This document shows, piece after piece, positions 46,290 through 56,021 of a stretch of 64,000 bases of DNA. Source of the DNA: a virus. Where the stretch lies: positions 1 through 64,000 of the IMG/VR virus record IMGVR_UViG_3300025096_000008. One strand, written 5' to 3'. Numbering within the stretch: the first letter of the stretch is position 1; every line of letters begins with the position of its first letter. Position numbers and translations under genes: made by a program. Below the pieces are notes generated by a model. It had not been told where the DNA came from. It saw nothing but the letters and a program-made list of their open reading frames with translations, and made no database searches.

Positions 46290-46727
46290 ACTAAACTAAC
46301 TAGAAACCATTACTTTCCGTCCATCATGGGGCAATCGGTGCTGGACTCGATCTTCGAACAGTTGATCGTTCGCTCGCCAGATTGGTCCGGCGAGGTCACC
46401 AAGAAATCCACAGAAGGATATCCTCTTACGGACATCTACAAGGACGAGGAAAACAATCAGGTAATCGAGGTAGCTCTCGCTGGCTTCTCCAGGGAAGACT
46501 TGAAGGTGGAAGTGAGGGATAACTACATTACGATTTCTTGTGAATCCATCTCAAAAGGAGATACAACCTCACGACGAATTGCTAGGAGGTCTTTCTCGAA
46601 GTCGTTCGTTGATTATGAGAATCAGCTTGATTTGAATAAGTCCGACGCATCCTTCGAGAATGGATTACTGAGGGTTACTATCCCCCCTACCGAAGAGGCG
46701 AAACCAACTGTTATTTCGATTGGGTAA
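46287..46727 (+). CDS. Small heat-shock protein Hsp20 (IbpA-like)
   Basis: YPLTDI, EVALAGFSREDL, IARRSF and ASFENGLLRV. Confidence 0.95.
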   Translation: MTKLTRNHYFPSIMGQSVLDSIFEQLIVRSPDWSGEVTKKSTEGYPLTDIYKDEENNQVIEVALAGFSREDLKVEVRDNYITISCESISKGDTTSRRIARRSFSKSFVDYENQLDLNKSDASFENGLLRVTIPPTEEAKPTVISIG

Positions 46728-46743
46728 AATTTGGTATGTATAG

Positions 46744-46775
46744 AAAAACACACTTCGGTGTGTTTTTTCTTTTTT
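46744..46775 (+). terminator. Rho-independent terminator
   Basis: aaaaacacac-ttcg-gtgtgttttt followed by a T run. Confidence 0.88.
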
Positions 46776-46838
46776 AGCTTTTTAGGAACTAGTTATTTTA
46801 GGGAGAGTAAGCGGAAACAGTGCCTGAAACGAACAAAA

Positions 46839-47045
46839 ATGCCTGAAAACGAACATAGCAAGCTCTACGTGAAGACGGGATGCCTAGTATGCTTAAATAA
46901 ATCGTATGCGTGTTCGTATTGTGACGGTGTTGGTAGTGTTTTTGTTGAAGCATCAGATAAAACTGTCTCAAAATGGCTCAGTCAGTTGACAGATGACAGA
47001 AGGCAAGATATAATAAATATGGCAGCAATAAAGGAAGGCGATTAG
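46839..47045 (+). CDS. Small Zn-finger protein
   Basis: CLVC...CSYCDGVG (DnaJ-like CxxCxGxG). Confidence 0.55.
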   Translation: MPENEHSKLYVKTGCLVCLNKSYACSYCDGVGSVFVEASDKTVSKWLSQLTDDRRQDIINMAAIKEGD

Positions 47046-47062
47046 CAAAAAAAGGTGAATCT

Positions 47063-49018
47063 ATGATAATCAGAAAGATATGGATGTTTCTTATAACGAT
47101 GATGGCACTTACGAGTGCATGTAATTGTGACGATGACCTTCTCTCTTTTTCATGTCCAGAGCCTATTCCGTGCCTAAATCTTTCTGACGGTGGTATATAT
47201 GTTTTCGATGACGACATCATTTCCCGAGCAAAGGGTGAGTGCGAACTCGGCAATACCACCTGTGATGCCCTAAACCGACAAATCTGCGTCAACGAGATAA
47301 AGCCCGTTGATGAAGTGTGTGACGGTCTGGATAACGACTGTGACGGCACCATAGACAATGGGCTATCCACTGATGCCGACGGTGATTTGTTCAATGACTA
47401 TTGGTCATGCCTAAAACCTGTTGATTGTGACGACAGCGACCCATACATCCACCCGAATGCCTCTGAGACTTGTGATGGCATTGACAATGACTGCAACGGT
47501 GAGATAGACGAGCTTGGTCCTTATGAGTGCTGGACTGGCGAATCTGACTCCGTTTTCGAAGGAACCCCATGCCAGACTGGGATAGTTTCATGTGTCGCTG
47601 GAGCCTGGACCGGATGTGAAGAACAGGTGTTACCAGCACACGAATTGTGTGATCTTGTTGATAATGATTGTGACGGGGAAGTAGACGAAGACTCTTGGCT
47701 AGAGGGATTTCCTTGCGGTCCAGACACTACTGTCGGGCAATGCTCTTACGGCAGAAATTCGTGTGTTGACGGAGAGCTCCTCTGTATTGATGCCCAGTAT
47801 TCCCAGAACGAAGTATGTGATGATATCGACAATGATTGTGACGGCATCATTGATAACGATTTGGAAAGACTCTGTGAGTCTGAGTGTGGAATGGGCATAG
47901 AGTTCTGCTCCTATGGCTCTTGGGGCGGCTGTACGGCACCATCACCAGGGATAGAATATTGTGATGGTGTTGATAATGACTGTGACGGAGAGGTGGACGA
48001 GAACTGTCCCTGTGTAGAGGGTGATGCCCAGACATGTCAAGAGGATCCTATGATGGATCAATACACGGGTGTTATGATGAGTTGCGGCATCGGAATCCAA
48101 GTATGTGACAACTTCGGAGTGTGGGGAGAGTGCTTTTGGTTTGGTCCATCTGTCGAGGTATGTAACAATTGGGATGACGACTGTGACAACATCATAGACG
48201 GAATGGAAGTCATATGTGGTGTCCAGCCAGAGGAGAATATGGGAGTTGGAGAGTGCAAAGCCGGAGTTACTATTTGTACAGCCGGTGAGTTTGGCGAATG
48301 TGTTGGAGAGATAGTGCCAACAGAGGAAGTGTGTGATGGCTTAGACAACGACTGTGACGGAGAAGTAGACGAAGATCTAAATATCCACGACAGAGTAGAT
48401 ATGGTATTCGCCATTGATATTTCCGGCTCTATGACTTCATACATTATTGCTCTCGCCCAGGGCATCTCGAACTATGTAGCAGACTTCGAAGACACAGAGC
48501 ATCGCTTCGCTCTTGTTCTATTTCCAGACTATCCAGACGGCTTGGGCGGAAATGGGGATCCCTACATTGTTGCAACGGCGCCCCCTCTGGTTGATGTAAA
48601 TACCTTCCTTAATACACTGACATCTATAAGTGCCCAAGGTGGAGGGTACGAACCATCCATAGATGTGATGTATGACCTGGCGGATCCCACCGACCCTGCT
48701 GGTATCGGCTGGAGAGAAGATGCCTACCCTTACATAATCTTGATCAGTGACGAGCCGGCACAGAGCTGGTCCTCACTCCAAGCATCTTCGGTGTATCCGA
48801 GTGCTCACAACTGCCAGATTGGTTCTTGTGAGCCCGGCGACGAGATAGAGACATTTATCATAAACAAGACACAGTTCTTTTTCGGCTTCCATGAGATAAT
48901 TTATGGAGATCCAGACAGATATTATGAAATTTCCCCACCTGACGGAAATCGCTATACCGAAGTCCTAAACGACATATTCGCCAATATCTGTTTATACGAA
49001 GCAGATGGTGGTGCATGA
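47063..49018 (+). CDS. Cys-rich repeat lipoprotein with C-terminal vWA domain
   Basis: Lipobox LTSA-C; seven E.C[DN]..D[ND]DCD...D repeats; MIDAS DISGS, GGYEP and ISDE. Confidence 0.85.
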   Translation: MIIRKIWMFLITMMALTSACNCDDDLLSFSCPEPIPCLNLSDGGIYVFDDDIISRAKGECELGNTTCDALNRQICVNEIKPVDEVCDGLDNDCDGTIDNGLSTDADGDLFNDYWSCLKPVDCDDSDPYIHPNASETCDGIDNDCNGEIDELGPYECWTGESDSVFEGTPCQTGIVSCVAGAWTGCEEQVLPAHELCDLVDNDCDGEVDEDSWLEGFPCGPDTTVGQCSYGRNSCVDGELLCIDAQYSQNEVCDDIDNDCDGIIDNDLERLCESECGMGIEFCSYGSWGGCTAPSPGIEYCDGVDNDCDGEVDENCPCVEGDAQTCQEDPMMDQYTGVMMSCGIGIQVCDNFGVWGECFWFGPSVEVCNNWDDDCDNIIDGMEVICGVQPEENMGVGECKAGVTICTAGEFGECVGEIVPTEEVCDGLDNDCDGEVDEDLNIHDRVDMVFAIDISGSMTSYIIALAQGISNYVADFEDTEHRFALVLFPDYPDGLGGNGDPYIVATAPPLVDVNTFLNTLTSISAQGGGYEPSIDVMYDLADPTDPAGIGWREDAYPYIILISDEPAQSWSSLQASSVYPSAHNCQIGSCEPGDEIETFIINKTQFFFGFHEIIYGDPDRYYEISPPDGNRYTEVLNDIFANICLYEADGGA

Positions 49019-49045
49019 CTCTCGAAGGAGGCACTACTTACTGGT

Positions 49046-49324
49046 ATGATGACGGACTTTAAAGATTCGAACATGCGACAGAAAAAAGTGCTTGACTTTC
49101 ATGCGGGAGATCTGGTATACTTAAAAAGTGATCTCTCTCTGAGATCGGGAGTTGGGTTGATTTTATCAACAGAATTCAGGAGTTTTGATATACACGACTT
49201 GAGAGATCATAAGGCAGGAAAGTCGTTTTCTGTGCTGCTACCAAAGGTGTATGTTTGGTGGACCCAAGGAGATAAGAAGCTTTGGATGGACGAGCAAGAT
49301 CTTTGCTTGTTAGAAAAGAGCTGA
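49046..49324 (+). CDS. Small KOW/SH3-like protein
   Basis: FHAGDLVYL...GVGLIL...VYVWW...DL. Confidence 0.55.
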   Translation: MMTDFKDSNMRQKKVLDFHAGDLVYLKSDLSLRSGVGLILSTEFRSFDIHDLRDHKAGKSFSVLLPKVYVWWTQGDKKLWMDEQDLCLLEKS

Positions 49325-49335
49325 GCGGAGATAAG

Positions 49336-49875
49336 ATGATAGTTTCTAATATTTTACTCATGTTTTTCATTAGCTCTGGCGATGTCAGTGCTACCAATTT
49401 TTCTATGAAAGTTAGGGGGTATGAAAACGGAGAGCCTAAGCCTCTCTATGTATCTTCCATCCTACAGAAGAGAAAGGCGAAGACACTCCTTCTGTCACGA
49501 GATGCTTCTGATAATTTTAGAGAGATGGTTGTACAGGCAGCGAAGGATGGATTCCACCTAGATGTACTCAGTGCCTTCCGTACCCACGGCGAACAGCATC
49601 GGATGAAGAGGCAGAGAGGTGATTTAGCAGCTCCGCCCGGCTGGAGCAATCACCAAATGGGACTGTCCATCGATGTGGGCGGCACAACTAGAATCATGCA
49701 AGGGAAGAGATATAGGACAATCTTGTATTGGTGGATGAAGCGAAATGCCAAGCGGTATGGATTCTACAATGATGTGGAAGCGGAACCATGGCACTGGACA
49801 TTCTACGGAGATAATCCGCCACCCCCCAAAAAGAAGGTGAGAGAATCACCAAAGGAGAAAAGTGATAATGTCTGA
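49336..49875 (+). CDS. M15B (VanY-like) peptidoglycan peptidase, candidate endolysin
   Basis: SAFRT...Q, APPGWSNHQMGLSID and EPWHW; hydrophobic N-terminus. Confidence 0.88.
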   Translation: MIVSNILLMFFISSGDVSATNFSMKVRGYENGEPKPLYVSSILQKRKAKTLLLSRDASDNFREMVVQAAKDGFHLDVLSAFRTHGEQHRMKRQRGDLAAPPGWSNHQMGLSIDVGGTTRIMQGKRYRTILYWWMKRNAKRYGFYNDVEAEPWHWTFYGDNPPPPKKKVRESPKEKSDNV

Positions 49876-50149
49876 AGAAAAACAAGAAGAAACAAACAAA
49901 GAGAAGGAAGAACAAGTTCCCAGCCCTGATAGGTACGGTCTTTTGTGTATCCTAGCTTTCGCAATGCTTATTTCGTCCTTATTTACGGCAAGCACATTCA
50001 TGGTTAAGGTGTGCCTAATCTGGATGTTCGTTCTTCGTAGCTATGGACTTTTGGTCAAGAAAATGAATAGAGAGTGGTTAGCAGTTATTTTATATGGTTC
50101 GTGCTATGTATATTATGCTACTCAGGTTTATCCCACTGGGATACTATAA
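49868..50149 (+). CDS. Small multi-TM membrane protein, candidate holin
   Basis: Three hydrophobic segments; overlaps the peptidase gene. Confidence 0.5.
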   Translation: MSEEKQEETNKEKEEQVPSPDRYGLLCILAFAMLISSLFTASTFMVKVCLIWMFVLRSYGLLVKKMNREWLAVILYGSCYVYYATQVYPTGIL

Positions 50150-50167
50150 AAGAAAAGGAGCGAGAAA

Positions 50168-50524
50168 ATGTCTAACAAACAAAGCCGAATTTCACCGGCA
50201 CAACAACTGGCACAGGCGATGAGAGAAAACGGCAATGTGCATGTTATACCCACCAAGGCGGCAAAAATCGTAAAAGAAATGGAAAAGCAAATTGAGAATT
50301 TATTTGCCGAACTGGTCAAATCTAAATCGGAGGTGTCCAAGTTAAGTGATCTCGTGGAATACCAGAGAGATCGCATTCGAGCCTTGGAAGAGGCTAACCA
50401 GTCGAAAAATAAGACGGAAACACCTAAAGTGAGTAAAAACAGTGACTTGGCGAAACCAAAGAAATCGAGGGCAAAAAAGCCCAAGAAAACCAGCCGAGTA
50501 AAAAAATCCTCACAAAAGACTTGA
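50168..50524 (+). CDS. Coiled-coil protein with Lys-rich tail
   Basis: SD aaggag; composition. Confidence 0.65.
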   Translation: MSNKQSRISPAQQLAQAMRENGNVHVIPTKAAKIVKEMEKQIENLFAELVKSKSEVSKLSDLVEYQRDRIRALEEANQSKNKTETPKVSKNSDLAKPKKSRAKKPKKTSRVKKSSQKT

Positions 50525-50549
50525 CATGATCTCTGCTTTGTGTAATAAT
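50521..50549 (+). promoter_or_regulatory. sigma70-type promoter
   Basis: TTGACA-17-AATAAT. Confidence 0.65.
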
Positions 50550-50585
50550 ATGTAAATCAGCATTACTCACAAAGGAGCAACAAGA

Positions 50586-50852
50586 ATGGTTTCCGTTAAG
50601 ATTTATCAGAAAAGCAAAGATGGGCTCAGTGTACCAACCGTGACGAAAGAATTTACAATGGATTCTTTCGAAAAGAAGACTATAATGGATATTATCTCCC
50701 TTTACGATCCAGATGAGTACATGGTTGTCGCGACCTACGGTAAGATTTCGCCCCGAGGCAAAAACTGGGTTCGTCTTTCTTCTGCTTTCGATGAGATACA
50801 TATAAAATACGGCAATACTGATATGACAGATCATCTTATCGGAAAGGCATAA
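50586..50852 (+). CDS. Hypothetical protein
   Basis: SD aaggag. Confidence 0.65.
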   Translation: MVSVKIYQKSKDGLSVPTVTKEFTMDSFEKKTIMDIISLYDPDEYMVVATYGKISPRGKNWVRLSSAFDEIHIKYGNTDMTDHLIGKA

Positions 50853-50855
50853 GAA

Positions 50856-51521
50856 GTGGTTACGAAACAGAGGAAGCCAAGAAGATGTTCCTACTGTCGA
50901 GAGGAAGGTCACGACAGAAGGACATGTGCCCCTCTTAGGCGAGATAAGTCTAAGGCAGCCGAGGTAAACAGAAGGTTTATTGATCTTGTGGTAGACGACA
51001 TGGTAGAGCGAGGGATCGGTCCAGGTGCTCTTATCGAGTTTACTATCCCAAATAAGGAGACTGCAGATAGAGAGCCCACACCACTGGCGATGGTTACTGG
51101 TCTTCATTGGGAACAGCTCTTTTATAGAAAGCCAGGTCGGCGATGGGTATCAATAAAGATGATGAACGGAGTGACCGTCTATCACATCGGGAACACTATC
51201 CGGAGAGTTAAATTCCCCCAACATGAGCTTGATAGAACTTACGATAGCAAGAAGGGGACATATATTTATTCTGAAGTTTTGAGACCACATCGCACACGGT
51301 CACCCGACCGAGCCGCTGACTATAGTTCATACCCGCTCCTTTCATCTGGCGAGTGGAATGTAATCTCCCCAGTGACCATTAACAAGGAGGCTCTAGTTCA
51401 GAGCCAACCTCTTGGTTTCTATCTTGGGTGGAATGGGATTGATGACTATTTTTTGGATTTAAATATTGAGAGTTGCCATCAAGGCAGTTACTACTTAGAG
51501 AAAAGAAGAAAAAGACTTTAG
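50856..51521 (+). CDS. Zinc-knuckle (CCHC) protein
   Basis: CSYCREEGHDRRTC. Confidence 0.7.
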   Translation: MVTKQRKPRRCSYCREEGHDRRTCAPLRRDKSKAAEVNRRFIDLVVDDMVERGIGPGALIEFTIPNKETADREPTPLAMVTGLHWEQLFYRKPGRRWVSIKMMNGVTVYHIGNTIRRVKFPQHELDRTYDSKKGTYIYSEVLRPHRTRSPDRAADYSSYPLLSSGEWNVISPVTINKEALVQSQPLGFYLGWNGIDDYFLDLNIESCHQGSYYLEKRRKRL

Positions 51522-51580
51522 CCGCCAGTGTTTTTAGGTTGGCTTACTTATAAGATTAAAAGAGAAGAGGAAAAGCTATT

Positions 51581-52681
51581 ATGGCATCAGTAGATTTTAA
51601 AACGTTTCTTTCAGCAGCCCCCGTCGTCCTTGGGGCTCGATACCCTGTTATCCTTCGAGGTCGCCACGGCATCGGCAAGTCAGAAATAGTCTACCAGATT
51701 GAGGAAATGCTGGGATACACTGATGGTGTTATCGAGAGACGAGCATCACAGATGACGGAGGGTGATTTGATTGGCTTGCCGTCAATCTCCTCAGATTCTT
51801 CATCAACCCGATGGAATCCACCAGATTGGTTCACGGAAGCATGTTCCCGTGGAGTGCTGCTCTTTCTAGACGAGATAGACAGAGCAATCCCAGAAGTGAG
51901 GCAGGGAATTTTCGAGCTCACCGATAGTCGGAAGATCAATGGGTACTCTCTACACGAGAATACTGTCATCGTTGCAGCCGTCAATGGCGGAGAGCACGGT
52001 TCGGAGTATCAAGTGGGAGAGATGGATCCAGCAGAACTGGATCGATACACTGTTTTTGATGTGGAGCCCACAGTCGAAGATTGGCTAACATGGTCGAAGG
52101 GGGAAGTTTCGGAAGTGGTATGGGATTTCATCAACCAGAATCGAAGCCATCTTGAGCACCTGGATAACTTCGAGCCGAACAAAGTATACCCCAGCCGACG
52201 ATCCTGGGTCCGGCTCGACAAGACACTCAAGACATGTCCAGACCAGCTAGCTCAGATGCACGAGCCTCTACTCTTCACTCTCTCTCAGGGTTTCGTCGGC
52301 TTCGAAGCTGCAATCGCTCTCAGAGATTTCGCCATCAATTATGGCAAACAGGTTACTGTTGAGGATGTTATCCATGAAGGCAATGTTTCGATGACGAAAG
52401 ACTTCGACATCAATGAGCATGGTGCCTTGATTGAGAAGATGGAAGCTTCTGGAATATTCAACACTCTCTTGTCTGAAAGCAATCTCTCGAATCTCGCTGG
52501 ATATTTTGTATCGGTCCCAGGCGAAATGGCAATGAAGCTGTTTAGCATCATAGGAAAGTCTCCATTGAGAGAGAATATTCTCAGCTTTCACGGCACAGAA
52601 GTGGAAGGAAAGCGGATCGGCGATCATGTTGTGTCCTTGGTCTCGAATATGGCAGATCAGGAAGCCGTAGAGCAGCCGTAA
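51581..52681 (+). CDS. MoxR-type AAA+ ATPase
   Basis: GRHGIGKS, DLIGLP, LLFLDEIDRA, AAVN, DPAELDR and PSRRSW. Confidence 0.9.
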   Translation: MASVDFKTFLSAAPVVLGARYPVILRGRHGIGKSEIVYQIEEMLGYTDGVIERRASQMTEGDLIGLPSISSDSSSTRWNPPDWFTEACSRGVLLFLDEIDRAIPEVRQGIFELTDSRKINGYSLHENTVIVAAVNGGEHGSEYQVGEMDPAELDRYTVFDVEPTVEDWLTWSKGEVSEVVWDFINQNRSHLEHLDNFEPNKVYPSRRSWVRLDKTLKTCPDQLAQMHEPLLFTLSQGFVGFEAAIALRDFAINYGKQVTVEDVIHEGNVSMTKDFDINEHGALIEKMEASGIFNTLLSESNLSNLAGYFVSVPGEMAMKLFSIIGKSPLRENILSFHGTEVEGKRIGDHVVSLVSNMADQEAVEQP

Positions 52682-52722
52682 GTGCTTGATTAATAAGGGA
52701 CAAAAAAACACTAAAAAAGAGC

Positions 52723-52751
52723 TTGACAGAGTTGATCTCCTGTGATATGGT
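52723..52751 (+). promoter_or_regulatory. sigma70-type promoter
   Basis: TTGACA-17-TATGGT with TG. Confidence 0.7.
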
Positions 52752-52783
52752 ATTATATTCACAGGCAAAGAAGGAGCACTAAT

Positions 52784-53245
52784 ATGCCATATAAGAGCAA
52801 ATACAGCAAGAACATCAATAAGTTAGTAAAATGGGCGAAAGAAGTCAAGCAGATCACTGTTGTTTTTGCCACAGGTCAGGTAGATAGATACATGCCAGAA
52901 GATAGGCTAATCATAATCAACGAAACTCAGAACGGTGAAAATCAGCTCTACACTCTCCTGCACGAAGTGGGTCACTCAATGAATAGAGAGACCGGTAATC
53001 TCGCCTATCGCTATGGCAAATATAAACTGTTAGCTAAATCAGATGAGACAGGCAAGCCCATCAAGTCATATGCCTACAGAGTCCAACTTCTTGATGAGGA
53101 GATGCAGGCATGGAAGAACGGCAAAGAAATTGCCGAAGGTCTTGGAATGAAGCTAGATGAACGGGCATACGAGAACTGTGCCGCCAAGTGTATTATGTCG
53201 TATATCGACTGGGCTGCCGAAAGAGAGTGGAATGCGCCGGCATGA
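52784..53245 (+). CDS. HExxH metallopeptidase (ImmA/IrrE-like)
   Basis: TLLHEVGH...EEMQAW. Confidence 0.75.
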   Translation: MPYKSKYSKNINKLVKWAKEVKQITVVFATGQVDRYMPEDRLIIINETQNGENQLYTLLHEVGHSMNRETGNLAYRYGKYKLLAKSDETGKPIKSYAYRVQLLDEEMQAWKNGKEIAEGLGMKLDERAYENCAAKCIMSYIDWAAEREWNAPA

Positions 53246-53477
53246 TTTCCATCCAGGAGATCTGATCGAGGACCGGAAAACCGGGCTAATCGGTCTTGTC
53301 TATGGAGTCCATCAGGATCCGTACAACATCACCAAGGGACGAGGATATTTCTATGTCTGGTGGATGGATAACTCCAGAGGATACAGAAAGAGCCTGGTCT
53401 CACCCACAGATAAGCGAGTGAGACAACTGGGTAAGAAGCTTAAAGAGAAGAAAGTGGTGAGGAACAATGTCGTTTGA
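53232..53477 (+). CDS. Small KOW/SH3-like protein
   Basis: FHPGDLIED..TGLIGLV...FYVWW. Confidence 0.55.
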   Translation: MRRHDFHPGDLIEDRKTGLIGLVYGVHQDPYNITKGRGYFYVWWMDNSRGYRKSLVSPTDKRVRQLGKKLKEKKVVRNNVV

Positions 53478-54642
53478 TTTGAACAAACATATATTCAGGC
53501 TCCTACAGGATGAGCCGTTTTTTGCTGCTCTTTCTCGGCGAATTGATAAGAGAGAAACTCTAGGGGTACCCACGGCTGGAATAGGAATCAACCCAGACTC
53601 CGGTCAGTTCGAGATGTTTTATAACCCCCAGTATTTCGACACCCTCACTGATCAACAGAAAGCTGGTGTCATCAAGCACGAGTTCTACCACCTTGTTTTC
53701 GAACATGTTACCGAAAGACTTCCAGAAGAGGGAATGTCTCCGATGTGGAACATTGCTACAGATCTTGCTATCAACGGATTTTTAAAGAGTGAGCTACCTC
53801 CAAAGTGCTGTATTCCAGGAGTTGACGATTTCAGCGAGATGATCCCACTCCAAACAGCGGAATGGTACTTCGAAGAGCTTAAGAAGAGGAAGGAGAAGGA
53901 TCCAAGTTTTATGTCTCCTCAGTCGGGCTCAGAAGTGGGCTCCGGAAGCCCAGAGGGTCAGTTCGATAGCCACGAATCTTGGGGCAAAAGTGATTCTCAG
54001 ACCAAAGAAATAGCCAAAGAGAGATTCAAAGACATGGCTAAGAAGGCTGTCGAGGAGTGTGATAAGGGGCGAGGCTGGGGCTCTCTATCTCACAGCATCA
54101 GAGAGCAGATTCGGACAAAGGTGAACTCTGCCACGATTGACTGGCGAAAGATGCTTAGATACTTCGTGAGGACATCTCAGGCATCATCTAAGAAGTCTTC
54201 TATCAAGCGAATTAACCGCCGATACCCATACATACATGCCGGCAAGAAGTCAGAGCGACAGGCAAGGATAGCTATTAGTATTGACCAGTCTGGCTCGGTA
54301 AGCGATAGCCTTCTTGAGCTTTTCTTCTCAGAGCTTGAGGCTCTCGCCAAGATTGCAGAGTTTGTAGTGGTTCCATTCGATGACTTGGTTTATACTGACG
54401 AAGTATTTGTCTGGAAAAAGGGTGAGCGCAGAGAACTGAATAGGGTTCTAAGAGGGGGAACCAATTTTGATGCCCCAACAGAGTATGTGAATCAACATAA
54501 GTTTGATGGTCATCTGATATTGACAGACATGTATGCTCCGATGCCAAAGGCTTCTAAATGCCAGAGAGCTTGGATAACGGACTCGAACGGAGCATCGATG
54601 CCTTACTTTAAGACCAAAGAGAGGGTGTTGGTACTAAAATAA
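53467..54642 (+). CDS. DUF2201-type metallopeptidase-vWA protein (MoxR partner)
   Basis: PTAG, HEFYH...H, WNIATDLAIN, IDQSGSV, GGTNF and LTD. Confidence 0.9.
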   Translation: MSFDLNKHIFRLLQDEPFFAALSRRIDKRETLGVPTAGIGINPDSGQFEMFYNPQYFDTLTDQQKAGVIKHEFYHLVFEHVTERLPEEGMSPMWNIATDLAINGFLKSELPPKCCIPGVDDFSEMIPLQTAEWYFEELKKRKEKDPSFMSPQSGSEVGSGSPEGQFDSHESWGKSDSQTKEIAKERFKDMAKKAVEECDKGRGWGSLSHSIREQIRTKVNSATIDWRKMLRYFVRTSQASSKKSSIKRINRRYPYIHAGKKSERQARIAISIDQSGSVSDSLLELFFSELEALAKIAEFVVVPFDDLVYTDEVFVWKKGERRELNRVLRGGTNFDAPTEYVNQHKFDGHLILTDMYAPMPKASKCQRAWITDSNGASMPYFKTKERVLVLK

Positions 54643-54723
54643 TACTACTTACTTATAGGGGCAAAATTTACTATAGGAGAAATATAAAATGTTATCTTTA
54701 TTAAATTCAGGAAAGTCACAGTT

Positions 54724-54993
54724 ATGACAGGCGAGTTCAGCGGATCAGTTGATGTGGGCGACGAATTTGCCAGCGATAAGATGGAAGATTTGGCTTCTCT
54801 CATTGCTGACCTCCAAACTGAAGAAGGTGGATTACCACCCCTAACGGAAGCCTCAACAATCTTACAGGACTATATGGATGCCTGGGTGATGTGGAGCCAG
54901 CAAGCAGGACAGCCAGGCTCTCGAACATATTATGAATATCTTTTTCAAGCGGTGGCAACCCGTGCCATCTTTATAACGAGGAACACACAATGA
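54724..54993 (+). CDS. Hypothetical protein
   Basis: Lies downstream of CTACTTAC and a 12-codon leader ORF. Confidence 0.55.
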   Translation: MTGEFSGSVDVGDEFASDKMEDLASLIADLQTEEGGLPPLTEASTILQDYMDAWVMWSQQAGQPGSRTYYEYLFQAVATRAIFITRNTQ

Positions 54994-55005
54994 AAGGAAA
55001 GTATT

Positions 55006-55449
55006 ATGATGACTAACGATTGGACAGAGTTCGATATTTATTTCGAGGAAGAGGAAGCAAAGAGCGAAGAAGAAAAGCAGAAGGAACTCGACGCTCTCTA
55101 TGAAACTCCGCCAGAAGATATTACACTGGACAAAGAAAAGCTAATGAACATCACGAAGAGGGCTCTCGCGAAAGAGGAAAGCAAGAAGAGCTTTGTATCC
55201 CCAGAACAACAGGAAGAGGTAAACGCTCACGCCCGCCAAGTTGCTTATAATATTTTAGAATGGGTTTATTTATCCGCCGAAGCCGGCGAGTGGAGCTATA
55301 GACATGATATGACGAAGCTCCCTCGGGCATACCTGATGCCAACTGTACAAGAGGTGAAGAGGAATCTTTTAAATACCTTTGTTCGTTACTCAGATTCGGA
55401 ATCCAATCGATGGATCGAAGTAAGTTGGATAAAATCAAATGAAGTGTGA
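55006..55449 (+). CDS. Hypothetical protein
   Basis: SD aagga; part of a chain of overlapping ORFs. Confidence 0.65.
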   Translation: MMTNDWTEFDIYFEEEEAKSEEEKQKELDALYETPPEDITLDKEKLMNITKRALAKEESKKSFVSPEQQEEVNAHARQVAYNILEWVYLSAEAGEWSYRHDMTKLPRAYLMPTVQEVKRNLLNTFVRYSDSESNRWIEVSWIKSNEV

Positions 55450-55723
55450 GCGGAGGGGAGGAGCCATAGGCTTTGAGAAAGTTTATAACAACGATCTACT
55501 GGTCGAATGTCGTAAAGAACTTTTGGCAGTCGGTGTTAAGGTAGAGACAGAAATCATCAGAGAGAGGTATTTTGTTACATCGAGGATCGTTGGGTCCAGC
55601 CGACGCTATACCATACGAGCAATTGAGTCTGCCACTCAAAGCATATCTATTTTTGGTATGAGTGATGGGTTCTCAACAAGGAGATCGGCACTAAAATGGT
55701 TGATAGGAGACAAGCAAAAATAG
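55439..55723 (+). CDS. Hypothetical protein
   Basis: Overlapping ORF chain. Confidence 0.5.
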   Translation: MKCERRGGAIGFEKVYNNDLLVECRKELLAVGVKVETEIIRERYFVTSRIVGSSRRYTIRAIESATQSISIFGMSDGFSTRRSALKWLIGDKQK

Positions 55724-55802
55724 GTCCGGTGATATATTGTTACTCGATACTGGCACTCGGTGCCACCTTTATTGTACTAAGAGCCATTAAGGAGCTTGGA
55801 AG

Positions 55803-56021
55803 ATGTCAAAGAAGAAGAGAGAAATGGTAATTTATACCAGCCCCACTGAAGTGATTGTTGGACCGCTGTCCGCAGAGCTAGACTTAATAGAAAATTGCTT
55901 TACTTTGCCAGGCAGGAAGATAAAAGATTTTAAGAGAGAGATACATCCCATGAGTGATATGGGCGACATGTTCAAGAAAGCGAATGAAGCAAGGCGAGCA
56001 CAAGGAGGTATCGATGAATAG
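55803..56021 (+). CDS. Hypothetical protein
   Basis: SD aaggag. Confidence 0.55.
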   Translation: MSKKKREMVIYTSPTEVIVGPLSAELDLIENCFTLPGRKIKDFKREIHPMSDMGDMFKKANEARRAQGGIDE

